A stretch of 64,000 nucleotides of DNA from a virus. Below the pieces are notes generated by a model. It worked only from the letters and a program-made list of their open reading frames with translations. It was not told where the DNA came from and did no database searches. Positions 58,401-64,000 of this stretch are shown here, one piece after another (the stretch's first letter is position 1; the number at the start of each line of letters is the position of its first letter). A program made the position numbers and the translations under genes. The stretch is from positions 16,533-80,532 of IMG/VR virus record IMGVR_UViG_3300020171_000003; one strand, written 5' to 3'.

Positions 58401-59811
58401 TATAAATGTAGGTGATATTCTTTTTGTTTCTGGAGAAGAAGTTACTGTAGGAGAAAAATTAGGAGATTCTTCTTCTGTTCTTGTTGGTAAATCTTTACTT
58501 TTATCTGGAGAAGTTTTTTCTTCTGATTATGTTTCTTTTTTTGACTATCCAGGAAAAGATACAGGTGTAGGTTATTTTACTTTAGACGGAAGAAATATGA
58601 ATTTGGAAATAGGAGATGATCTTTATGTAAAAGCTATTTCGGTAAATACATTTGGAATAGAATCTGGATTATTTTCTCCTTATACTTCTTTATATAAAGG
58701 AGAAGTTACTTTATTAGGATTACAAGAAGCTTTAGCCTCAGGTAAAAAAAGAATACTTTTACCTGACGGTATTTATAGCGGAGAATTTACTTTACCAGAT
58801 CAAGATGTTATAATAGAAGGTGTTTCTAAATCCGGTGTTATTTTTACTAATATGCCTAGCCAAAATTTATTTATTCTCCATAATTTAAATAGTAATTATG
58901 CTTTTAAAAATTTTACTTTACAAAGTAATGTAGATGGTACTTATCCTAAATTATTTAATATTACCGGTGATACTGAGGCTCAAAATTTAGCTAATATATC
59001 TTTTGATAATCTTTCTTTTATTGGAAAAGCTTCCAGAAGAGACAGAGCTATTTATGGATATAAAGGCAAAGGAAATATTGCTATTACAAATTGTCATTCC
59101 ATAAGTGGAGAGATTAATTTTGTTGATTATACTACTTCCAAATTTAATATAAGTAAAAATATAATGGAAAGTAACATATTTTATGCTTTCCAAATTTATT
59201 GTGATACGATTAATATGGAAGAAAATCAATGTTTAAATTATACAGGTGTAGGTATGCTTATTTATCCTACAAATACTGCTAATGTAAATAAAAATTATTT
59301 ATATACAAGAACAGGTTGTGCTTCTATTACAGGTATTAATATTTTTACTACCACAGGTGACATTAAAGCTGTTCAAAATAAAATTGATTTGGATACTTCT
59401 AGTTATTCAAATTCATCTACTAATACAGGTTTAAAAATTAGTAATGATTCTACCGGTATTTCTTTTATTTCAGATAATAATATAAATTTAAAAGCTCATA
59501 GCAATAGTGCTACTAAAGGTCTTTATTTTTATTCTTCTACTGGCATTGGTGGTTCTGTTATAGGAAATACTGTTGTTGTTAACAATATAAATACTCCTTC
59601 AGATAATAATTTGGGTATAGAACTTTTAAGTAATAATGCAACTATTACTGGAAATAGTATTAATTTGGTAAATAATTCAGCTAAAGATATTGGTATTTCT
59701 TTACATGCTGCTTACGGTTATAATAAAGGTACAGATAATATTACTTACAATGTCGGCACTTCAATTTTGGATGCGGGAACAAGTAATGATGTTTTAGCAA
59801 AGGATGTTTAA
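55402..59811 (+). CDS. Central tail tip protein (gpJ-like) with LamG, discoidin-like and beta-helix domains (5 SGE motifs)
   Basis: FRGLA, WSRNIG, WAFNE..G..AVDSS..NNGTL LamG, VELFDVISV, Asn-rich C-terminal beta-helix. Confidence 0.82.
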   Translation: MSLLGKIGALVGAVVGVALVATGVGAPLGGALLGAAIGIPTALGAALTYGAIGFVAGTVLDYALGAVVPDIPSPTYDGTFPVPILESGAIISEAYGGPLYIAGNILRMNDPDAEDKLKIIVGHCLGPVEEFLGTYVNKKEWNTLDKVHHMVHSYGEEYQVPIKITTSIAIDQPYSSKTLFGMLTLVVNAYKSLSVVDNFFTDKICSFRGLAHSAYLFDKSSSDIGTNTPSVVEVIKGRRLIPIALNGVEGELEWSRNIGDILWDYYRRYDVASIIDEQQIGFWAFNESIGSIAVDSSKYDNNGTLHNFTGTYWVEGQFGNGLQFNGSNSYVDCGNLIPLSLIGKQSFSLSFMISFDSVTGIIWQKYEDSSNYIKVFISGGYLKIEAKSLGSYIINESFNFYPIANIEYRIVLCFDKTNLVCSLYVNKLKDTIEVGWNTDTDISNTGNVFWGSTSSSFAGVLDQARIYNKVLDFREVFACYEDGILDENSFRSLKEYSDEFLEDSEGSPMRPIGPSNYTVIASSQFGQTINRNNIASIATKLFAIIGEPRKSLIVTGTSPVTHTSDYGIYSPIYAFDVTKSLTSAPENNSWRSGNFSYFIASRISCDLSLPVKLRKVEIIPEADIGLKTFYVQGSNSVLDFLQYEYNDIGTTWTVLGSLQTAVPYDSTNPVQKFYINSDVAYRYYSLKIMSSYGITTGIRDICFWGIHPRFPFDHVFDNNIRKNDVKKLLNSCFFGRTFRTQGKIKVGWEGNKEPDGLGSLQDKSVKHIFTLNNVISLTRKKHTRYNKIKINYINFTEEGKKDYIEDSDEIDIEKRGEQLFEESCDFIYHQQIARARARRHLKKSMYCDWDCVIESTDEANRVELFDVISVIWSKFGWNEKQFIVMKKTEDWLGRVTFYCEAYYSGIYDDEETPVPESYFSKLSKVLGTPSPVTNLQALDDSYFDEQGSYITQVEISYTPPNNRNYFSHIKYQYGFKLTGENLITSGESPVVYMQPSYYANINVGDILFVSGEEVTVGEKLGDSSSVLVGKSLLLSGEVFSSDYVSFFDYPGKDTGVGYFTLDGRNMNLEIGDDLYVKAISVNTFGIESGLFSPYTSLYKGEVTLLGLQEALASGKKRILLPDGIYSGEFTLPDQDVIIEGVSKSGVIFTNMPSQNLFILHNLNSNYAFKNFTLQSNVDGTYPKLFNITGDTEAQNLANISFDNLSFIGKASRRDRAIYGYKGKGNIAITNCHSISGEINFVDYTTSKFNISKNIMESNIFYAFQIYCDTINMEENQCLNYTGVGMLIYPTNTANVNKNYLYTRTGCASITGINIFTTTGDIKAVQNKIDLDTSSYSNSSTNTGLKISNDSTGISFISDNNINLKAHSNSATKGLYFYSSTGIGGSVIGNTVVVNNINTPSDNNLGIELLSNNATITGNSINLVNNSAKDIGISLHAAYGYNKGTDNITYNVGTSILDAGTSNDVLAKDV

Positions 59812-59813
59812 TT

Positions 59814-60215
59814 ATGAATGCTATTCTATATCAAAAAGGATCAAATGAGATTGTTTATTTTGTGAAAGATTGTGTTAAGCACGGTAATGATTTTATTGGT
59901 TCTAATATGAAACTTTATGGATGTAAATCTTTTGAAGTTCTTTGGACAGAAGATGAAGAAGTAAAAGGACAAAAACTTAATAAAATAAAAAGTTCTGTTA
60001 GTAAGACAGAAAGACGTTCGATTAATGTTCAAGAGTATCAGGCGTCCGTAAAAATTATTCAATTGCTTGATGATATAACATTTACCAATTTAGAAAAGCA
60101 TATCGACACAAGCATTACAGATTTGGAAACAGCTAAGAGCTTCATAAAATTGATGGCTGCTACATTAAAAGCTGTAATTGAGATTCAAAACTATGATTCT
60201 AAGAAAGGAAAATAA
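59814..60215 (+). CDS. Hypothetical tail-associated protein
   Basis: Position after the tip gene. Confidence 0.5.
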   Translation: MNAILYQKGSNEIVYFVKDCVKHGNDFIGSNMKLYGCKSFEVLWTEDEEVKGQKLNKIKSSVSKTERRSINVQEYQASVKIIQLLDDITFTNLEKHIDTSITDLETAKSFIKLMAATLKAVIEIQNYDSKKGK

Positions 60216-60216
60216 T

Positions 60217-60672
60217 ATGGCTGATTTTTCGTATCAACCAAATGTAGTTCATTCTTTTCCTGCTATACCTAATATTGATGTTACTCAAGGACAGAAGTAT
60301 ATGCAGAGTTCTTATAAATGGTCTGATAGATTTTTAAGAAAATATGAACTTAGATTTGGATATGTGAATAGGGCAAAAAGAAATTTATTAAGAAGTCATT
60401 TTGAAGGTCAATTTGGTCCATATAAAGCTTTTAATTGGATAAATATTCCTTCTTATGTTTTTGGTATTATAGAAGGTTCTCAAGTAAATTATGATGAAGG
60501 ATCAGAAGGACAAGGTTATTATGAAGAAACACCTGAAGTCGGTGGAAATGTTTTTGCTGTAAGAATAACTTTTATTTATAGTTCTTCTGCTTCATTTTTT
60601 ACAATTGATTCGGAAGATGATTTGGTTATTCTAGATGAATCAGGAATACCTATTTATTCGGAGGAGTATTAA
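60217..60672 (+). CDS. Dit-like protein, copy 2
   Basis: MADFSYQPNVVH vs MADFSYEPNYVH; shared KRNLLRSHFEGQFGP and GYYEETPEVGGNVF. Confidence 0.7.
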   Translation: MADFSYQPNVVHSFPAIPNIDVTQGQKYMQSSYKWSDRFLRKYELRFGYVNRAKRNLLRSHFEGQFGPYKAFNWINIPSYVFGIIEGSQVNYDEGSEGQGYYEETPEVGGNVFAVRITFIYSSSASFFTIDSEDDLVILDESGIPIYSEEY

Positions 60673-60673
60673 A

Positions 60674-62743
60674 ATGAAAAAATTATGTGGTGCTATTCTT
60701 TTCTTATTTGTTAGTGCTGGAATTCTAATAGGAGCAAAAGGTTCTGATTATATTTTAGTAACTTCTATTACAGGTTCTGATTATGTTATTGGAGTAGATA
60801 TTTCTAACACAAGTATGGCTACAACAGGAACTACGAGCAGATTTAAATTTGAGAATTTTCCTATTTCAATTTTAGTTCAAGCGGCATTAGATTTAAAACA
60901 AAATTTATTGCATAATGTAGAATTTGTTTCTGAATATGGAAATAGTGTAAATACAGCAGTAGCCGCCATCGGGGCAACCGAAACCACCCTAATTATCGAC
61001 GAGTCCACCGCCCTAACCGCCAGCGTAACCTGGCCCTCCACCCTGGCCCTGAAAGTACAGAACGGGGCGGTGATCAGTGGGGCCTATACCTTGGCATTGG
61101 CAAACTGCTCAAAGTTCGAGGGTGCGCCTGGGTGCTTTGGGAGTGACATAACCGTCACAGGGCTACAGGAGGCTTATCCTGATTACTGGACCCAAAACGT
61201 ATTACCGGGAACCACAAACATGTCGGTTGCTATTGGAAAAGCCCATGTCGCCTCGGCAAATGGGGCTGTCCTATGGAAATCAGCAACATACGCAATGTCA
61301 GCAGGGGAGAGTATAACCCTCACCGGATCATGCACTTGGATGAGTGAAGGAATCACAACTATAAAATATACCGGGGCTTCAGCGGCTACCATGATTTACC
61401 TTGCCCTTGGTGGTGATTTTACGATTTCCGGGGGGAAGGTTATTCTTGACGGAAATAGCACAGTAGGGACCGGGCTTAGAGTTGACAACGATAAAGCAAC
61501 AATGGCCGATGCCGTTGATATGACTATCCGGGACTTGGAAGCTAAGAATTTCTACTCAGACGCAAACAGCCGGAATGCCATGGGGTTTTATGCTTATGGT
61601 GCGTTTAACAAAATTATGTTCGATAATTGCAAGGCAAAGAACATCAGTCGTGCCGCTGTCCTCACAGGAAGCCCGGCCTGCATAGGTTATGGTTATGGGC
61701 ATGGAGGGATAGTTAATTACGCAAAGAGTGTCACGTTTATAAACCCGGTCATTGATACGGTAACAAACGCAGACGCAACAGGGGCGGAAACTGAAGTCGA
61801 TATGGACGGCATTAACATCACCGGCCCTGATGCAAACGCAAACGCCGGGGTGAAAATGCCCACTTCGCTTGTAGTTCTTGGGGGTACTTTTAGAAACTGC
61901 ACTGGTCGATCAATTAAAAGCCAGATGGAAAGCAACCTTGTTGACGGGCCTACTTTTATTAAAGATTCGGATATGCTGAAAAAAGCAGCCGCATCTATCC
62001 AAGAAGTTGATTTTCAGTACGGGTCTGGTGTGCTTACAAACTTTAAGTGCCGATACGGTTTAAACGCAGGTGGAACAACCCCCTTCCCGACCTCTTGGGC
62101 AATCTGCAATGCCTCTGTAAGAGGTTTTGCCGTAGAAGAAGGGGCATTGGTAGTGACCAATGGAGAAATCACAAATGATATCCCGCAGGCAACCGACCTA
62201 ATGCCATACTTGGTCACACTTGTCAGAACAGCCGGAAACTTCCAATCAGTAATAGTAAGCAACAATACTTTCCTCGGAGTCGGGGCCGTTGATACGTTTA
62301 TTTTAAACAATTCTGATTATGTTAAAAAAATTGTGGCAAACGACAATTACATAAACGACCTTGGAGTATCTTTAATTTACGGCACTTCCTATCCAAGCGC
62401 AATCGTTCAGGCTAGCGGAAACTATCTCTCAGGAACTTCTAGACTTATATGTGACGGTGGGACTTATCCTTTCTGGTATGGAGAAGGGAACTATGGCTTT
62501 TCAACTTTAGGTAAATCTCGTAGAAAAGGAGCCGCTACGGCCATTTCAGATGGTGGAACGATAACACATTACATGGGCGCTGCTCCTAATTCAGTTCGCA
62601 TAACCGGGTCAGTAGCGGACGAAATAGTAGCCGTTACGGCTATATCTGCGACAACCTTTACGGTATCAATTAAAAAAAGAACTGACGGATCAGCAGGCAC
62701 AGCCCAAACGATTTATTGGGATGCTGACATGGGGATGTTATAA
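60674..62743 (+). CDS. Tail spike/fibre 2 (beta-helix-like) with signal-peptide-like N-terminus
   Basis: GAGGAG RBS before ATG 60674; shares PSTLALKVQNGAVI with spike 1; GC-richer from ~60960. Confidence 0.7.
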   Translation: MKKLCGAILFLFVSAGILIGAKGSDYILVTSITGSDYVIGVDISNTSMATTGTTSRFKFENFPISILVQAALDLKQNLLHNVEFVSEYGNSVNTAVAAIGATETTLIIDESTALTASVTWPSTLALKVQNGAVISGAYTLALANCSKFEGAPGCFGSDITVTGLQEAYPDYWTQNVLPGTTNMSVAIGKAHVASANGAVLWKSATYAMSAGESITLTGSCTWMSEGITTIKYTGASAATMIYLALGGDFTISGGKVILDGNSTVGTGLRVDNDKATMADAVDMTIRDLEAKNFYSDANSRNAMGFYAYGAFNKIMFDNCKAKNISRAAVLTGSPACIGYGYGHGGIVNYAKSVTFINPVIDTVTNADATGAETEVDMDGINITGPDANANAGVKMPTSLVVLGGTFRNCTGRSIKSQMESNLVDGPTFIKDSDMLKKAAASIQEVDFQYGSGVLTNFKCRYGLNAGGTTPFPTSWAICNASVRGFAVEEGALVVTNGEITNDIPQATDLMPYLVTLVRTAGNFQSVIVSNNTFLGVGAVDTFILNNSDYVKKIVANDNYINDLGVSLIYGTSYPSAIVQASGNYLSGTSRLICDGGTYPFWYGEGNYGFSTLGKSRRKGAATAISDGGTITHYMGAAPNSVRITGSVADEIVAVTAISATTFTVSIKKRTDGSAGTAQTIYWDADMGML

Positions 62744-63080
62744 CTTCAACCAGCGGAGAGGACTGATGACCCCGAACCAATTAAAGAAAAAGCTCCGAAA
62801 GGTTTTTGAGCAAATTGTGAAGAAGCAAATTGATGACTTACTAAACCCAAAGAATCACAAATAAAACCGGAGGCCAGCGAATGCCTGAATGTTTACCCAA
62901 CCATTGGTTCAAACTAAGAAGCGGAGTTGAAACAGTATAAAAGAAAAATTAAAATAAAAAAGGTTGACAGAATAAAAAAAAGAGTTTATAAAAAATTAAA
63001 ACAATCAATCTCCTTAAAGAGAACCTTAAAACCATACCCGAGCGAATGCTCATAACTTTTAATTATTGGGAGGTTCTATA

Positions 63081-63410
63081 ATGAGTGAGATTGGAAATTA
63101 CCTTCGTCTTTTAGTCAATGGAGATAAAACAGCTAAAATTACTGTTTTAAAAGTCGTGACAGCTCCGCAAGAATTTACTACTAGTTTTAACACTTCTTTA
63201 AATTATCGAAAAAAACTTTTTGCTTATAATAATTCACCTTCTGCTTCCGGAGAACTTTATATGGGTTTTTCAGGTGATCTTTCTCCTGCTTCTGGATATC
63301 CTATTCCTTCTGGAGCTGAAATAAAAATTCCTGTAGCTCAAAATATTTCTATATTCTTTTGCAGTACTTCTGGTGAAGTCGGAGATATGAGGATTTTTGA
63401 AATTGCATAA
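63081..63410 (+). CDS. Small beta-rich probable virion protein (2 SGE motifs)
   Basis: GGAGG RBS; RKKLFAYNN..LYMG...SGYPIPSG pattern. Confidence 0.55.
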   Translation: MSEIGNYLRLLVNGDKTAKITVLKVVTAPQEFTTSFNTSLNYRKKLFAYNNSPSASGELYMGFSGDLSPASGYPIPSGAEIKIPVAQNISIFFCSTSGEVGDMRIFEIA

Positions 63411-63437
63411 TTTAAAAAAAGAAGCGGAGGCCAACTA

Positions 63438-63689
63438 ATGCCTGAAAAAGATGTTCCTTTATGGATTAAACTGTTTTCTGCTGTAGCTGTTATGGCAACA
63501 GGTGCTATGGCAAGTTTACGTGGAGTTTTTGTTACTCATTCTAAATTTGAAACAGAACAAAATAAATGTCAAATAGCTATTCGGAGAGATTTACAAGAAA
63601 TTAAAGAGGAACAAGAAAGTCATAAATCATACTTAATAGTAATTGCAGAAAGACTTGGAATTAAAAACGGGGATATTCCAAAAATATAA
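63438..63689 (+). CDS. Holin-like protein
   Basis: One TM helix then coiled coil; directly before the endolysin. Confidence 0.55.
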   Translation: MPEKDVPLWIKLFSAVAVMATGAMASLRGVFVTHSKFETEQNKCQIAIRRDLQEIKEEQESHKSYLIVIAERLGIKNGDIPKI

Positions 63690-63699
63690 AGGATAAATA

Positions 63700-64000
63700 A
63701 TGCCGTCATTTAGTAAATCATCTTTAAGTAAACTAAATACCTGTGAATATGCTATTCAAGAATGGTTAAAAAATGTAATAATGAAGTATGACATTATTGT
63801 TATATGTGGGTATAGAACTGCACAAGAGCAAGACAAAGCTTTTAATGAAGGTTTTTCAAAAGTAAAATGGCCGAATAGTAAACATAATATTTATCTTTCT
63901 AGAGCAGTAGATATTGCTCCATATCCTTATAATAAATATAAAAATGATGTAGCAAAACATTATGAAATGGCAGCGTATGCTTTAGAGGTGGCTTCTGAAA
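63700..64000 (+). CDS. Endolysin, peptidase M15 family (truncated by window end)
   Basis: MPSFSKSSLSKL...CGYRTAQEQ...SKH...AVDIAPYP. Confidence 0.88.
   Translation, partial: MPSFSKSSLSKLNTCEYAIQEWLKNVIMKYDIIVICGYRTAQEQDKAFNEGFSKVKWPNSKHNIYLSRAVDIAPYPYNKYKNDVAKHYEMAAYALEVASE

Noticed and set aside
1-64000. tRNA, rRNA, integrase, DNA polymerase, queC, tail sheath
   Set aside because: None recognised by eye; the window cuts the genome at both ends, so absence is not established

Overview
A 64-kb, AT-rich segment of a tailed dsDNA bacteriophage, probably a siphovirus of a Gram-negative host. Left arm (minus strand, 1-14 kb): a replication module (sliding clamp, DnaB-like helicase, initiator, primase, SF2 helicase) interleaved with a 7-deazaguanine DNA-modification cluster (DpdA-like transglycosylase, glycosyltransferase, DpdL-like T-fold protein, FolE, QueE, QueD). 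14-24 kb: small early/accessory genes with sigma70-like promoters and several families of dispersed direct repeats. 24.3-26.5 kb: a switch region with a nearly GG/CC-free island, palindromic repeats, an IHF-like site and a dif-like site. Right arm (plus strand, 26.6-64 kb): terminases, head, neck, tail, two fibre/spike modules and the start of the lysis cassette, with a 7-kb glycosyltransferase/methyltransferase/radical-SAM cluster inserted among the neck genes. Two candidate undescribed systems stand out. (1) The tripeptide Ser-Gly-Glu occurs 21 times in seven predicted surface-exposed virion proteins with varied codons, a candidate glycosylation sequon for the phage's own glycosylation cluster. 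(2) A ~1.35-kb island almost free of GG/CC encodes a Gly- and Trp-free paralogue of a gene in the deazaguanine cluster, suggesting a deliberately unmodified stretch of an otherwise GG-modified genome. All product calls come from motif recognition and gene order, and all counts were made by eye; no searches were run.
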